Below, in pieces: positions 40,650-54,900 of a stretch of 64,000 nucleotides of DNA. The translations under genes and the position numbers were made by a program. The notes under the pieces were generated by a model, which was not told the origin of the DNA, searched no databases, and saw only the letters and a program-made list of their open reading frames with translations. The DNA comes from Raillietiella orientalis (taxonomy: Eukaryota), in the NCBI GenBank assembly GCA_036172245.1, contig JAYWIR010000003.1, forward strand, positions 310,001-374,000, written 5' to 3'. Position 1 is the first letter of the stretch, and each line of letters begins with the position of its first letter.

Positions 40650-43600
40650 AGCAATCAGTATTATTGCTTAACGATTCCATTAATCTACATGACCCATTTG
40701 TCAAACTTCAATAATCTTTCCGTTTTGGACACAGTATTCTTGATGAATAAGAGGCAAAATAGTACTTTTCTGGAGAGTTTGCATGACTGCAACATAAATG
40801 CATGCAATAGCTTCTCAATATGCAAAATAATACGTAGCATATTAGCAGTTTCTGTGAGTTCTCTCTACGTTGCAGCCAATGCTTTCAGCCATTCCATGCA
40901 AGATTAAGACACATCCTACTTTCAATGGCTTTAGTAAAGAATGCAGCATCATCGTCCAAGGAGAACATGCCTGACAACATAGATGTGATCAACTTCGACA
41001 TATAACAAAAGTTTTGCTAGAGGATCGCTTTGTCGCATTATCCTAACCAGAACGACTCGTTTCGTAGGGTATTTTGATCCTGGGTCTTGAGGGTGATAGA
41101 TGTGCGCAATAGCAAATGATAAAGGGACGGGATGAATGGGATAAAAGGGTGCTGTCTTGGTCTGTCTGCAGCTGCCCTGTTGCTGGCATTGTGGCATACT
41201 GATTAGCAGGCTCGTATAATGGACCATCTTTCACATTGATCCATTCCAGTGCCAAGAAATCCTCGGAAAGTCCATACCAATAAGGAATTCTGGTTGAGGG
41301 TGCCTTTTGGGACTGGCAGTTGTGATCGATCGGAGGCAATCCCTTGATGGGAAAAGCTTACGAGATGATACATGCGATTGTATTTAGATGGAATGTGGCA
41401 GTCATTGATTCCGATTCTGTGAACATCTCAGTGTGGTGGATGCTGGTACAATTCCAAAAGGCAAGTAGCTTTCATTAAACAGAAGTGTGTCATGGAGCTG
41501 CCGTCAACAGCGCCAATGCTCTTGAGGTACAAGATGGGCATGTGTTTAGGTCCAAACATTCCCTACACCAAATGAGAGCAATGAACCACTTTCCTGGACT
41601 TTCCTTCGGATGTATGTACGCAATGATGAGCCTCATAACCATGGACGCAATTCACATGCATGGAACTAGTGCCCACTTTGGCATTAGTTCCATGCATGTG
41701 TATTGCGTCCATTCTCTCCACGATGCGCAGTTCACAGTTGTGATTTCTCTTCAAAGCTGCAATTCCATAGAAGTTGGTCCTGCTCTATATTTAGTGTTTT
41801 GAGAATCAGAAGCGTATGGATGTACATGATCAAGAACCGATGTAATCTGAGAAGTTAAACATTTGCGAAAAATTCGTGAATTCTTGTGGAGATGGGTAAG
41901 AACTACATCGAACATTTTAAAATGTGCTGAGGGATTCCAACACATGATGCAGGTCTTCTCTTTATAGAATTTATAGTATTTACTTCTCTTTATAATATGT
42001 ACAAGAGCCTATTTCGAGAAGCAACATTAATAACCAGAGAATCGGATTGTTGATGATGATGAGTGTTCCAAAATATGATCTGATTAAAAGTAGACAACAT
42101 TCTGAATGCAACTGATAAGGTTCTCATGGTGAGAGACAAAGAATAATGATTCTTTGTCTTGTATTTTAGATAAGTTGTCCAATACTTTATGGAAGAAGCT
42201 AATCTTGCAGAATCTGGGCCATTATCGCATCTTCAGAGGTCAAGTGTTTCCAGAAAACTTCGTTTTAAAGTTTTCCATTCCTGTGCTAGAGACGTTTTAT
42301 CTTTCTTCAGGACGTCGATAACTTCGAAGGAACGGTGAGATGAAACGGAGTATGGACAGATCTGCGTTCCCCACAGGAACAAACGCTCCAACATAAAGAT
42401 TTATTTTCTTCTTTGCTCAGAGACGACAGCCCCAAATGAGAAGCCGTTATTCCTACTGTTACAAAATTACTCGAACGAGATTAGGTTGAAGATGTTTAAA
42501 ACATAACCTGAATATCATGCTGTGATGTAAGAACATTCGTGTCACCAATGCAGTGCAGCCACTTCAGAAGTGCAGGTAGCAGATGGATGCAGAATCCATA
42601 ACTGCAGTCCGTATACTTTCCAGAGAAAAGCGGCTTCTTACTATCAAAAAGTCTAAACGGCTTTATCTTAAGAATGAGTGTTTACTAGTTGTATGACTGT
42701 TGGTATTTTCTCGATTTCAGACCAACACAAACCTGCACTCTAACGAAAGTGCTTGGAGAATGCAAGAATCTAGTACGAAGTCTTCGGCATATCGTGTAAG
42801 TGTAAGAATAGCTCATTGCTCATAGCCTTAAGTGCCAGATTAGTATTTTTCGAGGTTTTCATTTCAGTTTTTTTGGGGTAAAACTTGCAAGAGTCTCCAG
42901 GTTTATTTTTTTCTTTGGAGATTCCCATGCTTTTTTTATAGCTTGAATAAGTTTGGGAATTAGTCCCACATTAAGCGGAATGGATCAAAATGCATGGATC
43001 TGATGCTATAATAAAATACAGGACTTATAAAAATGATGTTATTTTACAGTGCTTTCTTTTTATGCTGAGCCATGAATAAGTTTCCGATTTTTCTATTACA
43101 TTTCCTGAGGAATTATGGAGCATAGCTTTTTTTCATTATCATCCACTTTGGGAATCCAGTGTGACTGTTCGGTTGGTTGAAGATACGTGAAATTCAGAGT
43201 TCTTCACTCGTCCTTCAGATCTGAAGAAATTGCTAAGTATATGCTCCAGAATCCCCATTTTTAAGAACAGTCTTCTCGTTTCATGAGCTTCAAAACTGTC
43301 TAAGAAGAATAGTTACTGTTGGTATTAGTTATTCGTGTAGTAAGATAGGTTCTTTACTATCAAATGTAATTGAGAAATTAATACCTCAGAATAAAAAGGA
43401 TTCTCTTCTGTGAAACAAATCGAAAATTCTATGTACGAGGAGGATAGAGATTGAAGAACCGAAAATAACTCTGCAACTTGATAAGCAATGCCACATTGAC
43501 GTACATGGACATTACGCATTCATATTGCTTTGAGGTTCATTTATCTCATTGGCAATGTTTCCCTTCGCTACCTAAGAAAAGATTCAAACAGAAAGAAGTA

Positions 43601-43650
43601 GTCATACGCCGCTCCCTTTCGTGTTCCAATATTTGTTGCCTCATGTGTAT
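40650..43650 (-). mobile_element. Possible heavily decayed LTR retrotransposon remnant (integrase-like then Cys-rich env-like region)
   Basis: Weak broken minus-strand motifs AISSDLKD, TVTLDSQSG, FYYSIRSMHFDPFRLMWD*FP resemble the integrase core end; downstream Cys/Trp-rich fragments. No LTRs found. Confidence 0.25.
41641..41712. repeat. 33-bp inverted repeat with 6-nt loop
   Basis: Arms 41641-41673 and 41680-41712 are complementary at 31 of 33 positions. Confidence 0.95.
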
Positions 43651-44049
43651 GGCATTATAATTTGATTCTAAAAGCTACTCCCGGCAGCTTGAGCTGGTGA
43701 TCATGTTCTAATTTTTTTTAATTAAAATCGATTTTAAAATTGCTAATAGAGTTTCCATGTGTGCAATTCTCGTCATGATTCTCTTGTTTCCAATCCTATG
43801 CATTACAGCGTTAGCAAACGCAATTCCATTCCATTCATAAACACAATTGGTACTTCTGGAGAAAACTTGGGGATGATCGTTGCTAGCTAATTACTGCGTG
43901 TTCTTGAATCATGATTTCAACTTTTGCTGAAATTTTCTATTATTTTTGAAACCTCATTTCTCCTTATTTATTTTTAGTTTATCTATTTATTTATTTGTAG
44001 TAAAATATGGGGAATAGGTTTTCAGGCATATCGCAAAGAATCAAAGTCT

Positions 44050-45300
44050 GCGAACCTGTTTTTCGTAATCAGTCTAGCTCAAAGATTTTCTGCCCCAAAA
44101 TTTTGCTTAGACTGACTTAGACTTAAAAGCGCTACTCTCATTATAAGTCAGTATATAAACAGAATTTCATAAACACTTGTATATTCAAGCGTGTGAAGGC
44201 TTGAAGATCTTGTACTAAAGGTGTGTGGTGTGCGGTGTCACTTTATAGAAGAGTTCCGCGAGAGCGTGCAAATCATCCTGGGGGAAGCAATTCGGGCAAA
44301 AAGGGGCATGCTACAGGGAAATATTCTGAGTCGGATACTTGTCTTAATCAACACGGAGGAGGTGTGGTTCATGATTCATCAAGGAGGCCATCTGAAAAGA
44401 ATCAGAATGGATGGGCATCAAATGACTCATCTTTCACAAGCAACCGATTTTTCGTTCTTCCTGAAAGATGAGAAATATCATCTTACATTCCTGGAGACAG
44501 TTAGTGTGATGAAGGACAAAATAGACCTCACAATCAACGCCCAGAAATCAAAATCATCATTCACAGGATCACTGTCTTCACTGTTTTATGTCAAAGGATT
44601 AGGAGTTGTATATATAATCATGAGCTGGGGGGCCATATTGAATACCCTCCAGAGTCGAAAATCCATGAAGGACAAATCCTGATCGAAAACCAAAGAAGTA
44701 GTCAATTCCTCGAGATGGAATTTAGCTTTAAACATAAGGTCAACTTGTAAAACGGAATGCTTCTTAAAATTGGCTTCGGAGCAGCCTTCTATTCATAGAA
44801 GCACAAATGCAAAACATGTTGAGCGTCCAATGAAACTTTCTATAAACGACGTAAAGACCATGGTTGAAATGGAGATTTTTTTTGTCTCAGGGAGGTAGAT
44901 GGTACCCAGCTGAAACCAAGAGGGTAGGAGATCCCGTTCATGGACGTTAGACTGTTCCTGCATTCTACGGAAAAGTGCAGTGATTGGCCATATACTGCTC
45001 ACAGGGAATATTCTAAATAAATGCAAAGCTCTAGTGTCTTGCTAACGGTCTTAATGTCAAAGACCTCACAGAGAACAAACTCTTATCCCATTTAACTGTT
45101 TAACATCAGCCAGTCAAGAGCAAAGAACTTTGGCACGTCGGCATGACCCTGGACATTCCCTGCTTGTTCCCCATTCCATCATAACGGAACAATGGATCCA
45201 CAGAACACACAGGGACCACACAGGAATCTTCCAAATAGTCGAATTTCAGTAACTCGATACTATAACAACAATTCCAAAGGGAGGCTCACGAACGCATAGG
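44050..45300 (+). mobile_element. Decayed non-LTR retrotransposon reverse transcriptase fragment
   Basis: ORF 44221-44682 has KRGMLQGNILSRIL (QG box), MTHLSQATDF (degenerate HL.xADD) and LTINAQKSK; boundaries approximate. Confidence 0.7.
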
Positions 45301-46636
45301 CTCAGTACATGCAGAGATGAAACCGGATCTCCATTTATCAATGCATTGCCGTCTATTTGAACTTCACCTCATGATCAGTATATAATAAATTATTCATTCA
45401 AGTGATTGAGGAATTCCGTGATTTATTGCATTGTTTTTGGTATCTGCATAATGGTGTGATGTGTGGGTTTTCACGAAAAAGCATGCAATATGGAAATGCG
45501 ACAATGTTATGTTGAGAGCTCTGACTATGCGAAACCTTGGTTCCTTACAAGTTTCGAAAAGTATCAAAAAGGTTTACATATGGAATTCAAGTAACAAGTA
45601 ACAAACAGTAATTTGAAAAATTATATGTTCCTCACGTAGTGCTAGTATTTATGTCATGAGGAGATATTGTAAAGGAAAGAGATCGTGTGATGCATTTTTT
45701 TGTAAGTTAAGGAAACTGCCTAGTTTCGTGTGCAGTGATGTTTTTTGTTTTGGAAAGTGGGGGTATGTGTTAGCATTTCTGTATTGGATTGCATTACATG
45801 CGGTAGAAAATAAAGGTGCTTCCCCATCAACCATGCCATGAAATCATCCATATCATACATTTGTTTCTTGTTTATGTCCGTTTTTCTATTCTTCAAAATA
45901 GTTTCAGAGTGTTTTGGTGATTTCAGATAGGTAATTTTGGTGTCAGATCGATAATTGCAACGGTTAAAATTCGTGTTATCATGTTTTCAAGCACCAATGC
46001 ATATTCTTAGACAAACTTTAGCCACAATTTGATCTCATTTGGCCATTGCAAAAATTATGATTCCATGATGATTCTTTCCTGTTTTATTGTTTTTCGTCTG
46101 TCTTGACGCCATTTGCAATGACTCACTATTGTTTGTTGTGGTTATCAAGGAAAATACGTGCAGCATGTTTTCTCCTTTGGAATGTTGTAGGTATTTTTCT
46201 GAATGTATTCCTTTCATGTTTGTTTATAGTATTCCTGACTTCCTTTAATGACTCAGCAGATTCTAGATTAATCCAGTTTGTTTGGGAGCATAAATTGCGT
46301 TTATGCAATAGTATGGAGCTTGGAACTGGGTTTTCATCATGCACATCCTTACTGAGCTGGGAATGATTTCATCACTACCAGTTCAGTAAGGTTTTGAATT
46401 AGGTGTTTAAAATTATTTTTTCTTGGTACAAATCTTCGTACCTTTGCAGAGTCATTTATGCAATTCAATGTACTTTTAGATTGTCATCGTAATTGCTTTG
46501 CTTCCCTAGTTCCCTGTTGAAAAGAATTGTGCAGCTGAGAAAAATTGCCTTTTTGTTGTCCTTCTGAAGGACAATTACTGAAGAATAGTTATCTTTTTGA
46601 AGAACATAGGAAGCAGATCATCGAGTCACAAGAAGG

Positions 46637-49600
46637 ATGACAGAAACTGTTGAATTGCTTTTCTTTGATACATTTGCACATGATAATCATGAGGTTAATA
46701 GCTTAAGTCATTCAATCAGTGCTTCTTCATTTACTTTCCAGGAGTTAAACTTAGATCTTGTCCAGTTTCCTCGTCCTGTATGCTTAACTGAAATCAGAGT
46801 TATACCTCTGGGTGCTAAAGTCCATGCTGACTTTCCAGGAGGTGTTCGCTTGGGGTAAATTGTATTTTGGTTGACTGGAAGTAACACATGACAATTGTAG
46901 TGCTACAAATCCTTCGCAGTTCCAATTGGAATTTTTTGTTAATGATTTGAGTAAACCTGGAGCATCCACATTTGAGAATTTAGGCTCATTTGAATATCGC
47001 CAGAATGCTAATATCCAAATGACCTGTGAACAAAAGGTTTTTGGTTTCATTAAAGTGTACTTAAATGATCGAAACTTTCATTTTGATCAGATTCCCACAG
47101 ATGGTCTGGTGCTTCGTGGTTGGTATACTACAATTACATTAGCATTGTATGGCATAGTAACTAAAATAACACCTTTATTTGAAATTAAAGAAATGCAAGG
47201 TGCACCTCTGTGCCCTGGATTATCTGAAGAAAAATCAGCTTCATATGGTTATGAGTCCAAGGTAAAAGACTAGCTGGTACAAGTACCTCAAAGACACTTG
47301 TATAAACTTGGTGGAATGCATTAATGTGTGGTTTCTTTCAAGGTTATTGATACCTTTAAAGAAATGCCAAGTTCTTGGCATCAGTTGCCAGAAGTAGATT
47401 CAGGGGAATTCGTTAAAAACGAAATCAAGGATTTCAAAAAAAGGCCAACTGATAACATTGACTGGTATCCTCAAGAAAGTAAATTGTTGGTGAACTCTGC
47501 TATGTGCAGAAATGGAGGAGTCAGTGCTTCTGATAGCTTTCTAAATGAAAAAGACCATTTTGATAAATTGCGAAAAGATTCAGAATCACCATACCAGAAT
47601 GCAGTGGACACAAGACTCAAAAAAGTTGTGAATTCCACTAATGAGAAATGTTTGCATAAACCCCAAGATTCTGCACAGTCTGGTATTGAAGGCATGCCAA
47701 AGACATCTGTTAAAAAGGGATTTTCGAAAGAGAAAGTGGATTACTTTTTTCTTGAGAAGAGTTCTGATGATAGTGTGAAAGAAAGTACTGAGAATCAGTT
47801 GAGCAAAGACTATAAGTGGAGTAAGACTACTTCAAAAGACAGTGAAGAATTTTTGCAACCATCTACTGCCAAGGAGATGAATAATTTGCAAGAAGGTAAA
47901 GGTAAGAACCCCATGTGTACAATGATAGTAAGAGCAGCATGGTATGTTTACCTTGGAGATTTGGCTAACTGTTGAAATATTCGTAGGTGCTGCATTTCAG
48001 CCTTTACCTGGTGATGTAGAAGCCATTTCGGATGAAGAAATTCCCGAAGAAATGGACATTGAAAACAGAAAGAATGATGTGCAGCACATAGAAAAGCAGA
48101 CTTCAGCTGGAGAATTTGAAGAAATTTTAAGTGATGAGGAAGCTATGGACGATGATCAACAGGTGATTATTTTGTTAATGTTGATTTGGTTTCACATTTG
48201 AATGAAGCCTGCCATGGAACTGGACTTTGAGTTCAATGAAGAGTGGGAGGAAGTTTGGAAAGCTTTCAATCCATACATTGTTGATCTCCAACCATTGACT
48301 GTAAGGCATCTCCCATGTAAACTGTTGTGTGATGTTGTGTTAATAGTTTTTCAATGATCCTTCATTGACTACATTTGAGAAAGAAACTCGCAAACTTGTT
48401 CGTTGTGATATAGGATACAACAGTAATGAGGCAGCAGCTCACTTGTTAGATGTAGCTGAGCAGTTTTCCCAACCAGAAATATCAGATAGATGGGTGAAGG
48501 CAGTTGAGGGTGTGCTGGATATTATTCCCCAAGCTTTAGCTCACATCCTGCATCAAGCTCAAAGCACAGGTTTATTGAAGGTGTTTGACATCTGTGATGT
48601 ATTCCTTTAGAAATAGTCACCATTTTGTTAAAGTGGACACAAACTGGCTTAGATTTCGATAAAGCACTGCAGCAGTCTTTGCCTGCCTTTAAAACAAGGC
48701 ATATCAAAATTGGTATTCGTCTGGTGCAGGCTTTATGCAATTGCAGTACAGAAGTGATGCGTCAGCTGTTGCTTTTAAATGTGCAGAACCAGTTATTGGA
48801 ACTCTATTGTCAGCAGTTTGTTGCACTTTCCTTGAAGTTAAGTATATTAAGGGCTCTGGATCTGACAACGCGCAGTAAAATGGGCATGGAACTTTTCATT
48901 GGAATTGTTTCTTTGCAATCCCTTCAGGAAGATCTTGATAGCCCTGTGCTTGCATATAACAATACTGCACCAACAGTTTACTGTCGGTTGATTGCGATGT
49001 TGCTTGAGCCCCAGCAAACACGTGCCAAAGTTGCAATTTGTGCCCTTATCAAGAAAGCACACATTTATGAAATTTTGTTCCACCTGCGTCAGACTCTGGA
49101 AGAATTAACAGATCATTATGATGCAGAGGATTCAGCTTCCAAAAGTAATAGTGAATGGTCATCAGAAAAGCCTACAGAACAAATTGGACAGCTTGAACTT
49201 TTTGTTCGTCAGTTGCTGAAAATTTACAGACATGCTGACCTGTTGCTTGGGCAACCGCCCCGAGCCGTCCCATTACAAACGCAGTTTGAATTGTCTCGAT
49301 CTGGCTGTGATGCATATCCAGGACTTTTCAGTCATTTCCAATCCAGCCATCTTTTAGAATCATTTGCTGTGATGCTTAGCTTTCCTGTTACCCGTAGCAA
49401 TGCAATGTTGCTCTCATCAATTTATGAATTTCTGCTTGAGTTTTTGCAGTCGCAGAAAGGACTCCTGTTTTTTTATTCATGCTTAGATGCTACTGTTACG
49501 ATAATTCGTATTCTTCTGCAAGAAGGAGAAGGCTCAGAAGATTCCCTACTACATCAGTTGGGTTTGCAAATGGTATACTGTCTTCAGGTATGTGTGTAGA

Positions 49601-52600
49601 TCCTTGCTGAAAATAGTGTGGAACCTGTATTCCGTGGATGCAGGCGTTAGCGCAAATAGATGGCTTATTGGAGTTTCATTGCAATCATCCAAACCCTTAT
49701 GATGAAATGGATGCTTTGGGTTTCCTAAGCAATTTGTACACCATGACTTTTTCCCCAATGGGAAAGCTGTCAGTTGTCCATGTTGTTGGACTGGAGAAGA
49801 ATCTTGTGAGCATCTTGCAGTTTTTGGAAACACCTTATGTTGAAGATTCTGAATCATGGAGCAGAAAGTCTGCTTGCAGGTAAATGATAAGGGGATTGCT
49901 TGTGACCAGACTTTTGTTTTAGAGGTTATGCAATTGAGATACTGGTTATAGCAGTCAGGTATTTGGAGGCAGTAGAATATCTAGAGATATTTGGACAACG
50001 TCTGCATGCAGTTTGTTCAAAAGAGGAAGACAGCAAGTTAAAGCAGTTGGAAGCATGGCTGGAACCCAGCTTGGTTCCTGAACACTTCACAGTAGACGGA
50101 ATCAGTTCACTTTGTGATATAATTAAAAAGCATGCGGAAAATGTGCTGCAGTTTCCTGGACAGCTTATTACTTCGTTGAGAATTTTAAAGCATTTGAGTG
50201 TAGCCAAACCTTGCAAAGACTTAGCTTCAGATGAGCAACAAATTGAGTTGAAGTACAAGTATGCTATTATGCAACTGTTTCATCATGGGATGGTCAGTGA
50301 ATTTGTGAATATCCTAAACAAACTGCAAGATGCTTATCCAACCTCGCAAATTCGAAGCAGTGATTGTATAGGGCAAAATGGCATGCTCATGATCAGTCTG
50401 CTTCATCCCCTCATGACTCTACTTAAATATTTGGTTGCTTACACAATACAGTGTCGTTCTACAGAATTTTCCGATCTCACAGCCATCAGATCTCTTTTGT
50501 ATGTTTATGCACTAATTTCCATCTTTCCTTCATCATCGCTTTTGTACACTTCTTCTTTGGAGATTCAGCAAGATGTCATTGATACTCTTTTGTCATATAC
50601 ACAGCCAGTTGTTGATGTGTCTCAGTCTGAAGAAGTATTAACGAAAAGTCTTTGGACTAGAATGTTGCATGAAGTGGTGGTGTATGTGACCTCGATTCCA
50701 TGTGCATTTTGGTCAGGTTTGCAAGTCTTGACTGAATTGCTTCCACTTCCTTTACCAGTTAATACTCCCGAGTGTCTTAGTAAAGATCAGACCACAAAAA
50801 TAATAAATAACAGGAAACTGTGGTCAGCACATTTGCATGGAATTAGTGGTTCCCTTAGTCATATGATTGCTATCCTTGGTTGTAGCAGTTATTCACCACT
50901 ATTGCAGCTTCTTCGTAGAGTGTGTATCCAGCTTGCAGATCTCGCTGCACCCACTGCACTCCTTATTGGACGTGCACTCTTAGATGCTATTTTGGTGAAC
51001 ATCAAACAGCCCCCAAATCTTGCAGTGGTGCAGCTTCTTAGCTTCTTTTCATCTTTGCTGGGAACACCCTCAGTTAAAGCAGCTGTACTTCAGTTGCTTC
51101 GAGGTGGAAACAAACAAGACGAAAAATTAATGGAACTAATACCAATCCTTTGTGGACAGTTAAACAGTAAAAGTGATAAAGATAGCCTTCTTTTGAATCA
51201 GATCCAGGTATTTCTTTCCTATATTTTCAAGAATTTAATGATGTTTTAGGAAAATACTCTGACTGTTTTCCAAGCTTTGTGTGATTGTGATATTGTGTTG
51301 GGTGGATCAAGTCCAGCACACGTATTGGCCAATGGATTACCCACACGAGAACATTTGCAGCAGTTGTTAGCAGCTGTACTCAGTCATTTAAGTGATAGCT
51401 CAAGAAGTTTTACATCTATCCTATTGGCGCTACGAATTTTAGAAACTCTCACTGATACGGATTATACCTTTTGCCTCCTTGTTCGGTGGGTACTTTTCAG
51501 TAATTCCAGTCAACATTTGTTTTAAAGAGGTTTGCAAAACAATCCAGCTATCTTCTCTGTTGTCATAGAGAAGCTTTTGAAGGAATTCAATAAAGACAGC
51601 TCGGACTGCTTGTCTGTCATTTCAACTTTTCTGGCTATACTGCAATTGTTGTACAATCCAGATAATCCAGTGGATCCAGCTGTTCCTATACGGTTTGTAG
51701 ATTTTTTCTTATGCGAAATTTATTTTATTTGCAGAACGCTGACTCTTCCTATAGGAGAGGTTGCCAGAATCATAAACTGGAATCCAGAGCATTCTCTTTT
51801 GCAAGTTTACAAAAAGATTGTGGTGAGACAGTTCTTCGTTAAAACAGAAATATGAGATCCTATTATTGTAGGAGATTCTAAAGATAGATGAATCTCTGGA
51901 AGGACTGGCTAGCACTTTGCATGATCTGATTGCTTTATTCAAACAAGCGTCTATCCCATCGGAAAAATGGGGTATGCATAGGCTTTGTGGATGAATTTGC
52001 CCTGAGCTTTGTTTTGTGTAGAATTGATTGAACCATTATTGGTATTGCCAGAATCCTTGTCAGTACAGTTTTCCCATCGCCAAGTGTTTGAAATAGAGGA
52101 TGCAAATGATCTAAATTTTTGGTCAGCACTTCCATCTTTGGAAGAATTTGATCAGGATGGTGATCAGATAACAATGAATCTTCTGGATGTTTCAAAAAAG
52201 TATTTTCCTGACATGGAGCTGACCACAGAGTTGCAAAAGGCTTCAGAATTGTTGCAATCTGAAGAGACTATTCCAAAATCTGTAGTACTTCCTTTTTCCA
52301 ATAATCAAAAATCCATACTTTCAGAGACAAAAAAAACTACCTCTTGTGAGTGTTTATGTTGTCTAAAGTGCAGGAGGTTTTTCTTAGCTACTACACAGCG
52401 CAGCAGGGGTTTCATTCGAGGGCTGCTACATGTTGGGCGTACTGATTCTTTTCGTTCCCGTCCTCCTAATACCTCCCGTCCACCTTCAATGCATGTTGAT
52501 GATTTTGTAGCTTTAGAAAGCACTGGGCAACAACCAACTGGACCAACTGGTTACAATCCTCAAACCAAACGTGCTATCAAGGTAAAATTTAGTATTCTTA

Positions 52601-54152
52601 GTCTTGAGTATTGGAATGAAAGTTACTGATCAACAATTACAGTCTCTTGGAATTGTAGGAAAAGGAATGTGCTTTAAGTTGATAATTCTGTATGAGGAGC
52701 AAATGTGGTCTGAAAACTGATTCATGTTTTTCTCATTTGCCATGGACTAATTGCAGCCCATTGCTTTTTTTTTGTGAAATGAAGACCAGTTCTGTGTTTG
52801 CTTTCTATGTAGAATAAGCAAAGAAACAGCCTTCATTTTCAAGAATTTTTAATGAATTGTTTATTGCTTCTGATGAACTTTTCAGCTTGAGAAATGGACT
52901 TGTAAGATTGTGTCAAGTGTAAAACTTTCCTAAACTTTGCCTCCCTTGGTTTTTAAACTGAGTGCATGTTATATACTTACATGTCTGGAAAAGATAAAAT
53001 TTTACCAGACTTAATGCTGGTTTGGATGTATTTTTCTTTTATTCGCATACTGTCAGTATCTATTGTAATTTTTTTTTCCTTAATTTTTTTTTCTGCATGA
53101 AGTCATTGAGTAATATAGTACTGTTCTTTTGCTGCGAGATGCTGTCTTTTGTTTCCTGTTTTTGTGGTTTTTTCTTTGTTGATTTAAGTGGTTTGGCAGT
53201 TTTGAGGTAAATATTTTTTTCCTTTATTGGCACAACCAGTTCTTTGTGAGTGTGATGCTGTATGATCATTCTGATCTCAGTAGGCAGCAATCACTTCTAA
53301 TTTCACCCTGAAGTAAATGAAAGGAACGTGCATTTTTCGCCAAAGGAAGATGTGTACCATTTTGGGTAAGACTCGATGGTGAACCTGAGGATCTTAAATA
53401 TTGCTACTATGCACAGTTGTTTCTAGCTGCATCAATTAGACCATCCAACTGATGCATGGTCTGAAAAACTTGGAAATCTTGAATTTAGGATTCTTGGGAT
53501 GTGATCAGTGGATCATATGAAGTAATAATGTAGCAACATGATCTTTTGAGTAGTTGTGACTGCATGTTTGTTGATGAATTGTGTGGTCTATGAGAACCTG
53601 CTGTTCTTGTTATGGGTTCACATTCTCCTCTGTAGGTTTTGGGAAATCATTGCAATTGCTTATGGTTTTAATTCCAAACGTAGAAATGTAGGTGTTGAAA
53701 TAATGCTCCTATTGTGTATGAACTATCTGTTTTCCTTTTAAGTGAATGGACATAAGTAATAACAATCAAAATTAATGTAAAGTGTGTAATTTTGCTGAAT
53801 TGTTGTTACATAAGGATTGTTACAGGATGGGTTGCTTAGACAAAGGGGTCGTGGTGGGAGACAGTTCCCAACAGACAGATCTCGATATGCTGCAACCTTT
53901 ACTTATCAACGAAGAGAAAATTCCAGAGGTAACTTTGAATTCATGCAGACATGACTTATGTCAATTTCAGTCACATCTAGCAATTTGTATGGTTCCTGTA
54001 GAACATCCCCTTTTCATTCCTCAGAATCCAGTAGGCAAACAAAAGCACCAGGACGTACTTGGAAAACTCAAACCAAAGATAAAGATAAAGTGGTTGTTGC
54101 GAGAGTTGGGCGACAGGAAGCTCGGCATACTAGGTCATTTACACGCTTATAA
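46637..54152 (+). CDS. VIRMA: Virilizer / VIRMA, m6A methyltransferase complex subunit
   Basis: N-terminal LLFFDTFAHD..ELNLDLVQFPRPV...RLGATNPSQFQLEFFVNDLSKPGASTFENLG, IPTDGLVLRGWY, ELLPLPLP, FRSRPPNTSRPPSMHVDDFVALE, C-terminal RHTRSFTRL*; all junctions GT-AG, about 17 exons. Confidence 0.96.
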
Positions 54153-54559
54153 GAAAAAGCAGTTTTCATTCATGAAGGACTAGCACAATCACTTATGCTT
54201 GCTGGAGCAGTGTGGAGAGCTCATTACCCACGAGCGATTTCAGAATTCGCAAACGTCTTGCACAGCTTCCACTTGCTCTTGAAGTGTTTTATTGCCATTC
54301 AGAAATTCTTCTATTCCATGCAAAGACACCTTGATTCCATGATCAGTGATTTTAGTTTACACAAATTATAAGTGCGAATGTTGACGAAATGATCCACAAT
54401 TCCCGTTAAACTGTTACATGTCGCCTGGAGAATTTTGACTGCTCATCTAAATATAATTTAAGCAAATCAGTGTGTATAGTTCCTAAAGCTTGTTCCTGAT
54501 TGGAAATCTGAGAATATTGAGTGTTGCAATATCTGGAAAGCAATGTATTTCAAGTGTTG

Positions 54560-54900
54560 TGATCTTCCCTAGTGGAAGACAGTATTCCTATGCAGCTTCC
54601 AGTTTCATCCACATGCTGCCCAGTCATCCAGTTGCACTCATGAGACCCTTAGGATCTATGACCAGTTTGATTCTCCGTTATTTATAAAATAATGTTTTCA
54701 AGTATTATTCTATCTAGTTAAGGATTTTGTTTTTCAAAGTTGATTTAATAAACCCCCTCGCCTTTTGATGGACTGGGAAAAATTGTAGCATACTGCAATC
54801 AGTAGTTTCCAGAGCACACATTGGAATTGTGGAATTCCAGATTCTCGCAGTAGGTGGCCCAAGCATTTTCTGATTACTCTATTGTCTTGGAAGGCATATA
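54560..54900 (-). mobile_element. Possible decayed PIF/Harbinger/ISL2EU-like transposase fragment
   Basis: Broken minus-strand peptides PMCALETTDCSMLQFFP and KLVIDPKGLMSATG*LGSM loosely resemble DDE_Tnp_4 motifs. Confidence 0.2.

Noticed and set aside
52659..52683. Possible alternative terminal exon of virilizer (EKECALS*)
   Set aside because: Short AG-to-stop segments are common by chance; no other support.
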